DNA from: Acidimicrobiales bacterium
Lineage (GTDB): Bacteria; Actinomycetota; Acidimicrobiia; Acidimicrobiales; JAUJNH01
Direction of reading: 5' to 3'
DNA: 61,315 nucleotides
Assembly: GCA_038232515.1 (NCBI GenBank)
Contig: JBBSHS010000002.1
Span: forward strand, 1-61,315
A program made the position numbers and the translations under genes. The notes under the pieces were generated by a model. It saw only the letters and a program-made list of their open reading frames with translations, did no database searches and was not told the DNA's origin. This document shows, in pieces, positions 8,964 to 17,932 of the stretch. Every line of letters starts with the position of its first letter. The stretch's first letter is position 1.

Positions 8964-10522
8964 CCGCGCTCCACCCGCTCGGCCGCCAGCCGGCCGGAGA
9001 GCAGGACGATGGGCACCCCCACACCGGGCACCGTGCCCGAGCCCACGAACACCAGGCCCGGAACCCGCCGGTCGACGTTGCCGGGCCGGAACGGACCGGT
9101 CTGGAAGAAGGTGTGGGAAAGGGCGAAGGGTGCGCCCCGCTCCATGCCCTGGGCCTCCCAGTCGGTCGGGTCAACGAACCGCTCCTCCAGCACCTCCACC
9201 GGGTAGCCGAAGGCCTCGACCCGTTGGCGCAGGGCGGCCCGGAGTCGGTCCCGCTCGTGCGACCAGTCGACCTGGCCGTCGAGGTTGGGTGTCGGCTCCA
9301 GCACGTACAGCGCGGTGCAGCCGGGTGGGGCCAACGCCGCGTCGGTGTGGTTCTGGATGGTCACGAGGATGGAAGGGTCCGGCTGAAGGGCCCCACGTTG
9401 GATGAGGGCCTCGAAGCTCTCTTCGTAATCCCCCCCGAAATGGATGTTGTGGTGGGCCGCGTGCTCCGGTGCCCGGCCCCGCACGGCGGCCAACCACAGG
9501 GCGCAGCTGGGGGAGTAGCGGCCCCGCCGAGCAGCGCGGGGCATGGGCACCTCCGGGACCAGGCTGCGGTAGGCGACCGGCAGGTCGGGGTTGAGCACCA
9601 CGGCGTCGGCCTGGATGCGTTCACCCGTGGCCAGCCGCACACCGGTCACCGGACCGCTCGTGCCGTGACGGCGCTGCACCCGTTCCACCGTGGCGCCGAA
9701 GGTGAACGTGGCCCCTGCCTTCCCGGCGGCGGCGGCCAGCCCGGCCGCCACAGCGTGGATGCCGCCCTCGGGAAAGTAGACGCCTTCGACGGTGTCCATG
9801 TAGGTGATGACGCAGTAGAGGGCCAGGGCTTCGAAGGGAGAGACGCCGGCGTACATGGCCTGGAAGCTGAACAGCTGGCGGAGCCGGGGGTCGTCGAAGT
9901 AGCCGTTCACGGCCGTGGCCAACCGGCGGAAGCCACCCAGCCGCAGCAGCTCGATGGCCGGCTTGAGGGGCCAGGCCAGGTCGAGCGGCGAGTCGAAGTT
10001 CCGGTCGATGAAGTTGGGTACCTCGTTGCGGTACAGACGGGTCAGCCAGTCGCAGAACCGGACGAAGGCGTCGGCCTCCTTGGGGCCGCAGGTGGCCCGG
10101 ACCTCCTCGGTCATGGCCTCACGGCCATGGCGCACGTGGACCGCTTCGCGGTCCGGCCACGTGGCCCGGTACATTGGGTCGACCGGGCGCAGGGTGACGT
10201 GGTCGCCCATGTCCGCCCCGGCGGCCGCGAAAACCTGGCTGAGGATGCCGGTCATGGTCAGCACCGAAGGGCCGGTGTCGAGATGGAAGCGCCCAGCGGG
10301 CGTGTCCGGCTCCCACACGCCGGCCCGGCCGCCGGGCCCCGCCTCCCTTTCCAACACGACCACCTCGTGGCCGGCGCCCACCAGGTGGCAGGCGGCAGAC
10401 AGACCACCGAGCCCGGCTCCCACGACGATGACCCGCACCGGTCCATCGTCTACGACCTTGGCTGTGTGCGCAACGCTCACGGCCTTCGGCGTCTGCGGCG
10501 GCGGCGGCGCCGGTTGTCCCAC
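8954..10522 (-). CDS. crtI: phytoene desaturase
   Basis: N-terminal FAD fold VIVVGAGLGGLSAACHLVGAGHEVVVLE. Length 522 aa. Overlaps the crtB start. The exact start is uncertain. Confidence 0.93.
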   Translation of the reverse strand: MGQPAPPPPQTPKAVSVAHTAKVVDDGPVRVIVVGAGLGGLSAACHLVGAGHEVVVLEREAGPGGRAGVWEPDTPAGRFHLDTGPSVLTMTGILSQVFAAAGADMGDHVTLRPVDPMYRATWPDREAVHVRHGREAMTEEVRATCGPKEADAFVRFCDWLTRLYRNEVPNFIDRNFDSPLDLAWPLKPAIELLRLGGFRRLATAVNGYFDDPRLRQLFSFQAMYAGVSPFEALALYCVITYMDTVEGVYFPEGGIHAVAAGLAAAAGKAGATFTFGATVERVQRRHGTSGPVTGVRLATGERIQADAVVLNPDLPVAYRSLVPEVPMPRAARRGRYSPSCALWLAAVRGRAPEHAAHHNIHFGGDYEESFEALIQRGALQPDPSILVTIQNHTDAALAPPGCTALYVLEPTPNLDGQVDWSHERDRLRAALRQRVEAFGYPVEVLEERFVDPTDWEAQGMERGAPFALSHTFFQTGPFRPGNVDRRVPGLVFVGSGTVPGVGVPIVLLSGRLAAERVERGWR

Positions 10523-10552
10523 GAGGTCGCCTTGACGGGCGAAGGCGGCCGC

Positions 10553-11626
10553 TCAGCGGTCCCGGTCAGCCACGTAGCGGGCCAGATCTGCCAGCCCGGC
10601 CCGGGCATCAGCCGTGAGCGGAGCGGCCTCGGCCGCGGCCAGGGCGACGTCGGTCATGCGCTCGACGGTCGCCTCCACCTCGCTCCTGGCCCCCGTCGAC
10701 TCCAACACCGACTGGATGGCGGCCACCTCGTCGACGGCGAGGTCCCGGGCGCCCACCCGCTCAGCCAGCAGCACCCGGTCGGCCCCCGTGGCCCGTTCCA
10801 GGGCGATGGCCACCAGTCGGGTGGGTTTGCCCTCCCTGAGATCGTCGCCCACCGGCTTGCCCAGGACGCCGGCGTCACCGAACGCCCCGAGGAGATCGTC
10901 CACCAGCTGAAAGGCCTCCCCCAGCGGCATCCCGTAAGCCGTGAGGGCGGCAGCCCTCGTCGGCGTCAGCCCTCCGGCGAGGGCCGAGCCGAGGTGCAGG
11001 GGCCGTTCGATCGTGTACTTGCCGCTCTTGTACTGGCAGATGCGGCTGGCGGCGCCGACCGTCGGCGTGCCCCGGGCCGTGCCCAGCAGGTCCAGGTACT
11101 GGCCGACGTTCACCTCGATCCGCAGCTCGGTCCACACGTCGAGCACTTGGCGGTCGGCACCGGCCAGGAGCCGGTCGGCGTACACAAAGGCGAGATCGCC
11201 GACCAGGATGGCGACTCCCTCGCCGAAGCGGCGGCCCTCGCCCCGCCTCGCCGCCGCACTGTGGGCCCGCTCGAACTGCACGTGGACGGCGTCGAGCCCA
11301 TGGCGGCGCAGGGAGCCGTCCATGACGTCGTCGTGTACGAGTGCGAAAGTGTGGAGCAGCTCGAGGGCGGCTCCGGCGTCGACGATGGCCGGGTCGGCCG
11401 GGTCACCTCCTGTTCCGACGAACGCCCAGTGACTGAACGCCGGCCGCAGGCGCTTGCCGCCGGCGAGGATGATGCCGCGCAGCGACTCCAGAGGCAGGCC
11501 CAGTTCGGGGTCCAAGGTGGACCAGCGGGCGATCTCGTCGTCGAGCAGGGCGGCGATGCGGGCCTCGACAGCCTTGGCCACATCGCCCAGCCACGGGGGT
11601 GGCTGCACCCGTCGAGGCGCGCTCAT
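10553..11626 (-). CDS. crtE: polyprenyl (geranylgeranyl) diphosphate synthase
   Basis: FARM LVHDDVMDGS and SARM FQLVDDLLG motifs. Start taken at ATG 11626 (MSAPRR...) so the gene does not overlap the upstream gene. Confidence 0.88.
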   Translation of the reverse strand: MSAPRRVQPPPWLGDVAKAVEARIAALLDDEIARWSTLDPELGLPLESLRGIILAGGKRLRPAFSHWAFVGTGGDPADPAIVDAGAALELLHTFALVHDDVMDGSLRRHGLDAVHVQFERAHSAAARRGEGRRFGEGVAILVGDLAFVYADRLLAGADRQVLDVWTELRIEVNVGQYLDLLGTARGTPTVGAASRICQYKSGKYTIERPLHLGSALAGGLTPTRAAALTAYGMPLGEAFQLVDDLLGAFGDAGVLGKPVGDDLREGKPTRLVAIALERATGADRVLLAERVGARDLAVDEVAAIQSVLESTGARSEVEATVERMTDVALAAAEAAPLTADARAGLADLARYVADRDR

Positions 11627-11672
11627 GGGGACCGAGGCTAGGGCGGGGCCTGTTCTGAGCGTCGGCCGTCGG

Positions 11673-12533
11673 TCAGGCGGTGACCTGGGTGTTGGTCGTG
11701 TCGACGACGACGTGGCGACGGCGGTAGAACCCATTGAGCTGCCGGCTGACGGCCACACCCAGCAGGTACCCCAGTGCGAACACCAGCGCTCCTGCGACCG
11801 CGTCGAGGAAGTAGTGGTTGGCCGTCACGACGATGGCGAAGAGCGTGAGCAACGGGTACAGGGCCCACGCCATCTTGGCCCATCGCCGGCGCACGGCCCC
11901 TGAGGCGGCGCAGGCGCACCACGAGGACCAGGCGAAGTGCAGGCTCGGCATGGCCGCGAACTGGTTGGATACCCTCGCCACCGGTCCCGATTCGAAGGTC
12001 CACAGGCTGCCGAAGCAGTCGATGGTGTCGACGAAGGCCCGGCGGCACTGGTTGACGGCGTCGGGGAGGAGGCGGGGCGGGGCCAGCGGGTACGTGAAGA
12101 AGCCGACGAGGGCCAGGGCAGTGGAGAAGGCCAAGACCCAACGCCATCGGCGGTACTGCTCGGGGTGGCGCAGGAACAGCCACAACAGCACGAGGAGGGT
12201 GGCGACGAAATGGACGAGGCCGTAGTACAGGTTCCAGAACTTCAGGAAGACATGCCAGCCCAGGAACCACGACTGAATGGTCCGTTCGTGGAAGATGTGG
12301 AGCGCACGCTCCAGCTTGATGAGGCTGCCGGCGTGGCGCCGGGCCTCGGCCAGCTCGTGGACGTTCTTGACCGTGCTGTCCCGTCCCTGGATGCTCCGGG
12401 TGAAGGAGTAGACGGCGTAGAACCCGGCGAGGGCCAACAACTCCTTCCACCACCGCAGCGGCGGCAGGCGGATCGGGGCATGGCCTGGGGTCCCGACCTC
12501 CGGTGCGTTTCGCTCGGCTGACCGCAGGGCCAA
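11673..12533 (-). CDS. PAP2_3-type (Aur1/Ipt1-like) membrane phosphatase/phosphotransferase family protein
   Basis: Multi-TM protein with ...FAAMPSLHFAWS...VVTANHYFLDAVAGALV motifs. Confidence 0.7.
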   Translation of the reverse strand: MALRSAERNAPEVGTPGHAPIRLPPLRWWKELLALAGFYAVYSFTRSIQGRDSTVKNVHELAEARRHAGSLIKLERALHIFHERTIQSWFLGWHVFLKFWNLYYGLVHFVATLLVLLWLFLRHPEQYRRWRWVLAFSTALALVGFFTYPLAPPRLLPDAVNQCRRAFVDTIDCFGSLWTFESGPVARVSNQFAAMPSLHFAWSSWCACAASGAVRRRWAKMAWALYPLLTLFAIVVTANHYFLDAVAGALVFALGYLLGVAVSRQLNGFYRRRHVVVDTTNTQVTA

Positions 12534-12605
12534 CGCCTCTCCGTCCTCTGGACGCGCCGCCTAGCCGGGGAGCGTCGCGTCGTGGCCGGTAGGTTAGGCC
12601 GCGCC

Positions 12606-13325
12606 GTGCACGACTTTCGACCGACTGTTGCCGTTGCCGTCCTCGCCCTGACGGCGGCGTGTGGTTCGAGCTCCGCCTCAGGCACGAGCTCCCAGGTGGT
12701 GGCGCGGGCCCCTGACGCCACGACCGCGGCCGGTCCGGCCGAGGTCAACGTGGACGAGGGCAGCACCCATGCCCACGGCGAGGTGGACCTGGCCACCGAC
12801 AAGCTGCGGCTCAGTGTCACGACCACTCAACAAGGCACGGCCGGACCGGCCACCGAGGTGGTCGCCATCGGCCCCGACGTGTGGTCCAGGGTGGCAGGGC
12901 AGGCCCAGTGGTCCCACTCCTCAGGCCCGACCGGCGGCCTGTTGTCGCTGCCCGGCCTGGTCTCGGGAGACGTCAGAGCCCTCGTCGCGCTCGTCAGGGG
13001 CGCCAGCAGCGTCGACCCGTACGGCGGGGTGCAGGTGCGCAACTTCTCGACCCTGCGCTACGACCTCAAGACCGATCCGCAGAAGGCCGCAGCCCAGAGC
13101 CCGGCCAACGCCCCGCAGCTGCTGGCACTGGCCGGAGCCGTCGACCACACGGTGCGGCTGGCCCTCTATGTCGACCACGACAGCCGGATCCGTCGCATCG
13201 AGGCGCCCGAGGACTTCACGACCACAACCGTGGCCACGCGGTCGGATGCATCGGCGGTGGTGGCCACCGTGGACTTTATCCGCTTCGGTCTGGCCGACGA
13301 CATCGTCCCGCCACCCCCGAGCTGA
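12606..13325 (+). CDS. hypothetical secreted lipoprotein
   Basis: VHDFRPTVAVAVLALTAACGSS signal/lipobox. TAGGTT box ends 10 nt upstream of GTG 12606. An alternative start lies at 12582. Confidence 0.55.
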   Translation: MHDFRPTVAVAVLALTAACGSSSASGTSSQVVARAPDATTAAGPAEVNVDEGSTHAHGEVDLATDKLRLSVTTTQQGTAGPATEVVAIGPDVWSRVAGQAQWSHSSGPTGGLLSLPGLVSGDVRALVALVRGASSVDPYGGVQVRNFSTLRYDLKTDPQKAAAQSPANAPQLLALAGAVDHTVRLALYVDHDSRIRRIEAPEDFTTTTVATRSDASAVVATVDFIRFGLADDIVPPPPS

Positions 13326-13366
13326 GCGATTCGGAACGGTCAAGGTAAGAACGAGCTCTCTCCCGG

Positions 13367-14887
13367 GTGAGAGGGACTTTGGCCCTCCCCCGACGAGGAC
13401 GAGGTGGTGTAGTGGTGCCTGTGGACCGTGCCGGGGACATCCGCTTGGCCACGTCGTCCGGCCGCTGGCTGGTGTCGGCCTGCGTCCTCGGGTCGGGTGT
13501 CGCCCTGCTCGACGGCACGGTGGTCAACGTGGCGTTACCGGCCATCGAACGGGGACTGGGCGGAGGCCTTTCGGGTCTGCAGTGGGTGCTCGACGCCTAC
13601 CTGTTGACGCTCGGGTCGCTTCTGCTGTTGGGCGGCTCACTCGGCGACCGCTACGGCCGCAGGCGCGTCTTCCTCGTGGGACTCGTCGGTTTCACCCTGG
13701 CCTCCGCCTCGTGCGGTCTGGCCCCGACGGTGCCGTTGCTCATCGCCGCCCGAACCGTGCAGGGCGTGGCCGGGGCCCTGCTGGTGCCGGGCAGCCTGGC
13801 CCTGCTCTCGGCCGGCTTCCACCCGGACGACCGGGGCCGGGCGGTCGGCGCCTGGTCCGGCCTGGCCAGCGTGGCCACGGCCGTCGGGCCGTTCGCCGGC
13901 GGTTGGCTCGTCGACGCCGCCAGCTGGCGCTGGGTATTCCTCGTCAACGTGCCGCTGGCGTCCGTGGCTTTCTGGGTGACGGTTCGCCACGTCCCCGAGA
14001 GCCGCAACGACGACGAGGTCGGTGGCCTCGACGTGCTCGGCGCCGTCGCCGTGACCGTGGGCCTGGCCGGTGTGGTGCTCGCCCTCATCGAGGGGCCGCG
14101 GGCGCTCCTGCCCGCCGGTGCACTCGCCGCCGCGGCCGTGGTGGGGTTTGTCGGTCTGGTTTCGTTCCCGTTCATCGAGCAGCGCGCCGACGAGCCGCTC
14201 GTGCCCCTCGGCATCTTCTCCAACCGCCAGTTCACCGGGGCCAACCTCACGACCTTCACGGTCTACGCCGGTCTGGGCGCCGCCCTTTTCCTGCTGGGCA
14301 TCGAGCTGCAGGAGGTCCTCGGCTACTCCGCCCTCCAAGCCGGCTCCTCACTGCTCCCGGTGACACTGCTCATGCTCGCCCTGTCCGGCCGTACGGGGGC
14401 GCTGGCCCAGCGCATCGGTCCGCGGGCGCCGATGAGCGTGGGCCCGATCGTGGCCGGCGCCGGTCTGGCCCTGCTGTCGCGCGTCGGCCCCTCCAGCAGC
14501 TACCTCACCGGCGTGCTGCCCGGCGTCGTGGTGTTCGGCCTCGGCCTGGCCGGCGTCGTGGCTCCCCTCACCGGGGCGGTCCTGGCCGCAGTGGATGACC
14601 ACCGCATCGGCGTGGGCTCCGGCATCAACAACGCGGTGGCCCGGGTCGCCGGCCTGCTGGCCGTGGCCGTGCTTCCCGCCTTGGCCGGCATCGACACCAG
14701 GGCCACCGGCCCCGCCGGCGCCGCGTCGTTCGATGGCGGCTACAACCGGGCCATGGCCAGTGCCGCCGCTCTGTGCTGTGCCGGCGGGGTTGTGGCCTTC
14801 CTGACCGTGCGCCGCAGCCGACCCGTCCACCCCACGACGCAGCCGGCTCTCACCCATGGTTGTGGATGGTGCGATCCGGTGGCCTGA
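13367..14887 (+). CDS. MFS transporter, DHA2 (14-TMS EmrB/QacA-like) drug:H+ antiporter family
   Basis: LDGTVVNVALPAI, LGDRYGRRRVF, many TM segments, about 500 aa. Start uncertain. Confidence 0.88.
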   Translation: MRGTLALPRRGRGGVVVPVDRAGDIRLATSSGRWLVSACVLGSGVALLDGTVVNVALPAIERGLGGGLSGLQWVLDAYLLTLGSLLLLGGSLGDRYGRRRVFLVGLVGFTLASASCGLAPTVPLLIAARTVQGVAGALLVPGSLALLSAGFHPDDRGRAVGAWSGLASVATAVGPFAGGWLVDAASWRWVFLVNVPLASVAFWVTVRHVPESRNDDEVGGLDVLGAVAVTVGLAGVVLALIEGPRALLPAGALAAAAVVGFVGLVSFPFIEQRADEPLVPLGIFSNRQFTGANLTTFTVYAGLGAALFLLGIELQEVLGYSALQAGSSLLPVTLLMLALSGRTGALAQRIGPRAPMSVGPIVAGAGLALLSRVGPSSSYLTGVLPGVVVFGLGLAGVVAPLTGAVLAAVDDHRIGVGSGINNAVARVAGLLAVAVLPALAGIDTRATGPAGAASFDGGYNRAMASAAALCCAGGVVAFLTVRRSRPVHPTTQPALTHGCGWCDPVA

Positions 14888-14934
14888 GCGGCCCTGGCCC
14901 CGGCCCGCGGGCGGGGCGTCGATGCCCCTACGCC

Positions 14935-15531
14935 CTAGGACTTCGGCCCGACCAGGGCCAGGCTCACCTGGCCGCCCAGGACGGCTACGGCCAGGCGCGG
15001 GGCCGTGGCTGAGGGCACGGCCACGGTGACGGACCGGTCGTCGACGGCCACCACCGAGGCCTCGGGGGCCACGATCCCGACGACCTCGCCACCGACGACG
15101 TCGACCCGGTCGCCGACCGATACCGCCGGTGTGGCCGACGAACGGGGGACGGCCACCGCCCGTTGGCCAGGGGCGACCAGGCCGGCCAGGCCGGCACCCG
15201 GGGCCACCCGGCCGGCCAGGACCACCTCGCCGGCGACGAGGGCCACCAGAGCGGTGTGGCCCACCGGGGCGGAGGCCACGTCGGCGTCAGGGAGGGCGGC
15301 TACAGGGACCACGGCCGTGCGCACGTCATCGGCGCCGAGCACCGTGCCCGCGGCCACGGCCCGGGCGACGACCGGCACGCGGCGGGTGGGCCCCCACCGG
15401 TCGGCTTCGACCACCCGCCCGTGCACCACGACGGCCGTGACCAGCCCGAGCGCAGCAGCCAGGAGCAGGCGGGGAAGGGGGCGGCGAGCGGGCACAGGGG
15501 CCTCCGGAAGATCGACGGGAGGCGCGGACAC
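14935..15531 (-). CDS. SAF-domain (CpaB-like) membrane-anchored protein
   Basis: N-terminal TM segment, then VPVVARAVAAGTVLGADDV...ALVAGEVVLAGRV, a SAF-like pattern. Confidence 0.6.
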   Translation of the reverse strand: MSAPPVDLPEAPVPARRPLPRLLLAAALGLVTAVVVHGRVVEADRWGPTRRVPVVARAVAAGTVLGADDVRTAVVPVAALPDADVASAPVGHTALVALVAGEVVLAGRVAPGAGLAGLVAPGQRAVAVPRSSATPAVSVGDRVDVVGGEVVGIVAPEASVVAVDDRSVTVAVPSATAPRLAVAVLGGQVSLALVGPKS

Positions 15532-15606
15532 GAGGCGCGAGCTCAGACTACTGCGGCTCAGGATATCCGAGCGTTCGGCCCGTCGTGGCTCTTGGCGCTC
15601 CGTGCG

Positions 15607-16437
15607 CTACAGCGGTCCGCTGGCCAGCGCGGAGGCACACGAGCAACCCGGTGTGGCGGGGATGGCCGGGATGGCGGAGAACAGCATCCGCCTGGTCTTG
15701 TCGACGTTGTCGGCCAGGACACCGAAGACCTCGTCCATCGTCACCGGGCGGATCCCTTCGACCCCCTCCAACCCGGTGTCGTAGTCGGTCACCAGTGCCA
15801 TCGCCGCGTAGCAGATGCCGAGCTCGCGGGCGAGGGCGGCTTCGGGGTACTGGGTCATGTTGACGACGTCCCAGCCCATCTGGGCGAACCAGCGGCTCTC
15901 GGCCCGGGTGGAGAACCGAGGCCCCTGGATGACGACCACGGTCCCGCCGTCGCGCACGGCCACGCCCTCGGACCGGGCGACGTCCACGGCCACGGCCCGC
16001 AGCTCGGGGCAGTACGGATCGGCGAAGCCGATGTGGCCGACCACCCCGCCGTCGAAGAACGTGTCACGCCGGCTGCGGGTGCGGTCGACCAGCTGATCGC
16101 AGACGACCACGTCGCCTGGGTGCACGTCCGGCCGCAGCGAGCCCACGGCGCACGGTGCCAGGATGCGCTGGACGCCCAGCTCCCGCATGGCCCACAGGTT
16201 GGCCCGGTAGTTGACCTTGTGAGGCGGGTGCTCGTGGTGGGCGCCATGGCGGGGAAGGAAGGCAACCCGGCGGCCGCCCACGGTGCCTACGGCCACCGGA
16301 GCAGACGGCTCCCCGTACGGGGTGTGGACCGGGACATGGGTGACGTCGTCCAAGAAGGCGTAGAAGCCCGAGCCACCGAACACGCCTATGCCGGCGACGG
16401 GAGGGTCGGTCACCGGCTCCGAGGTCGGGAGGCTCAC
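15607..16437 (-). CDS. mtnP: S-methyl-5'-thioadenosine phosphorylase
   Basis: IGVFGGSGFY...RHGAHHEHPPHKVNYRANLWAM...MTQYPEAALAREL. GTG 16437 was chosen as start because the upstream in-frame stretch is Arg/Pro junk. Confidence 0.9.
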   Translation of the reverse strand: MSLPTSEPVTDPPVAGIGVFGGSGFYAFLDDVTHVPVHTPYGEPSAPVAVGTVGGRRVAFLPRHGAHHEHPPHKVNYRANLWAMRELGVQRILAPCAVGSLRPDVHPGDVVVCDQLVDRTRSRRDTFFDGGVVGHIGFADPYCPELRAVAVDVARSEGVAVRDGGTVVVIQGPRFSTRAESRWFAQMGWDVVNMTQYPEAALARELGICYAAMALVTDYDTGLEGVEGIRPVTMDEVFGVLADNVDKTRRMLFSAIPAIPATPGCSCASALASGPL

Positions 16438-16444
16438 CTCGGGC

Positions 16445-16903
16445 TCAGGAGGCTGCCGCCGCCGACCCGGGCCCGGACGGCGGACGCGGCCCCTTCGACG
16501 ACCTGGATGACGGCGTTGGGCCGGGAGAATCCTTGGGCGACGACTCCCGTCCCTTGGACGACCTGAGATCTCTGGACGACGCCGGATCTTTGGACTGTGC
16601 AGCTTCCTTGGACGACCCCGGGCCCTTCGAGGAATCGGGCTCCTTGGCCTTGCCTGGCCCGGAGTCGCTGCCGGAGCCGGCGTCGGACGTGTCGGTCTTG
16701 GACGACTGCGACGATCCGGAGGCCGAGGCGCGGGAGTCGGTCTTGTAGAAACCACTGCCCTTGAAGGCAATGGCGATGTTCCCGAACACCTTGCGCAGTG
16801 CACCGCCGCAGGCCGGGCATTCCTTCAGGGAGTCGTCCTTGAAGCTCTGGACGACCTCGAGGTGCTGGCCACAGCTCTTGCACGCGTACTCATAGGTGGG
16901 CAT
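16445..16903 (-). CDS. FmdB-family zinc-ribbon protein with long Ser/Lys/Asp-rich disordered tail (Rv0991c/Ruc-like)
   Basis: MPTYEYACKSCGQHLEVVQSFKDDSLKECPACGG (CxxC...CxxC), followed by about 100 aa of low-complexity sequence. Confidence 0.85.
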   Translation of the reverse strand: MPTYEYACKSCGQHLEVVQSFKDDSLKECPACGGALRKVFGNIAIAFKGSGFYKTDSRASASGSSQSSKTDTSDAGSGSDSGPGKAKEPDSSKGPGSSKEAAQSKDPASSRDLRSSKGRESSPKDSPGPTPSSRSSKGPRPPSGPGSAAAAS

Positions 16904-17050
16904 CTACGCTCCGGTTGGCACTCCGACGTTGCGAGTGCCAATGGTAGCGGCCGCCAACGCCCAGCGACACCGAAGGCCGCCACCGTACCCGGGCCGTCCA
17001 GGTCCCATCGAGGTTCGGTCCAGGTGGCGTCCAGGTGCAAGGATCATGCC

Positions 17051-17932
17051 ATGGTGCGGACCGCGGTGATCCCGGCGGCGGGTCTGGGCACGCGTTTCCT
17101 GCCCGCCACCAAGGCCACCCCCAAAGAGCTGATCCCCCTGGTCGACAAGCCGGCAATCCAGTGGGTGGTGGAGGAGGCGGTGGCCGCCGGGATCGAGCGG
17201 GTGGTGCTGGTCACAGGTCGGGGCAAGGGTTCGATCGAAGACCACTTCGACCGCAGCCCCGAGCTCGAGGCCTCCCTGGAGGCATCGGGCAAATGGGCGC
17301 AGCTGGACCAGGTGCGGGCCATCGCCTCCCTGGCCGAGGTGGTGTCGGTGCGCCAGGGCCGCCCCATGGGCCTGGGGCACGCAGTGGCCTGCGCCCGCGC
17401 CGCCTTGTCGGCGGACGAGACGTTCTGCGTGCTCCTCCCCGACGACATCATGCATCCCACCTCCTCGCTGCTGTCCGACATGCTCGCCGTCACGGCGCGA
17501 ACGGGTTCCAGCATCGTCGCCCTGAAGATCATCCCAGGGCCGGCCATCTCGGCCTACGGTGTGGCCTCGGTCGACCCGCAGAGCGACTCGGATTGCCCCC
17601 GGCTGGTCGACATGGTCGAGAAGCCGGCGTTCGGAGATGCGCCCTCCGATCTGGCCGTGATGGGTAGGTACGTCTTCACGCCCGCCATCTTCGACGCCAT
17701 GGACCGCGTCGGTCCCGGGGCTCAGGGTGAGCTGCAGTTGACCGACGCCATCCGCCTGCTGTGCCACGAGGAGACCGTGTACGGACTGCCGTTCACGACC
17801 GGCCGGTTCGATGTCGGCGACAAGCTCGAGTTCCTGCTGGCCACGGTCGAGCTGGCCCTCGAGCATCCCGATCTCGGTGATCGGTTCGCCGACGGCCTCA
17901 CCGCGCTGGTCAAGCGCAAGGGATTCGTGTAG
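17051..17932 (+). CDS. galU: UTP--glucose-1-phosphate uridylyltransferase
   Basis: AVIPAAGLGTRFLPATKATPKELIPLVDKPAIQ. Start at ATG 17051. Confidence 0.95.
   Translation: MVRTAVIPAAGLGTRFLPATKATPKELIPLVDKPAIQWVVEEAVAAGIERVVLVTGRGKGSIEDHFDRSPELEASLEASGKWAQLDQVRAIASLAEVVSVRQGRPMGLGHAVACARAALSADETFCVLLPDDIMHPTSSLLSDMLAVTARTGSSIVALKIIPGPAISAYGVASVDPQSDSDCPRLVDMVEKPAFGDAPSDLAVMGRYVFTPAIFDAMDRVGPGAQGELQLTDAIRLLCHEETVYGLPFTTGRFDVGDKLEFLLATVELALEHPDLGDRFADGLTALVKRKGFV

Noticed and set aside
8732-11641. Very long ORFs (969, 783, 780, 661, 647, 616 and 510 aa) at 8732..11641+, 36408..38759-, 40228..42570-, 26120..28105-, 7231..9174-, 46202..48052- (its upstream part) and 18683..20215-.
   Set aside because: Each lies antisense or out of frame to a strongly recognisable gene (crtB/I/E, tsaD-groEL, guaB3-guaA, rpsI-glmM, crtZ-crtB, sucC, moeA-moaA). 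Their translations are Arg/Gly/Pro/His-rich with no motifs. These are typical stop-codon-poor shadow ORFs of very GC-rich DNA.
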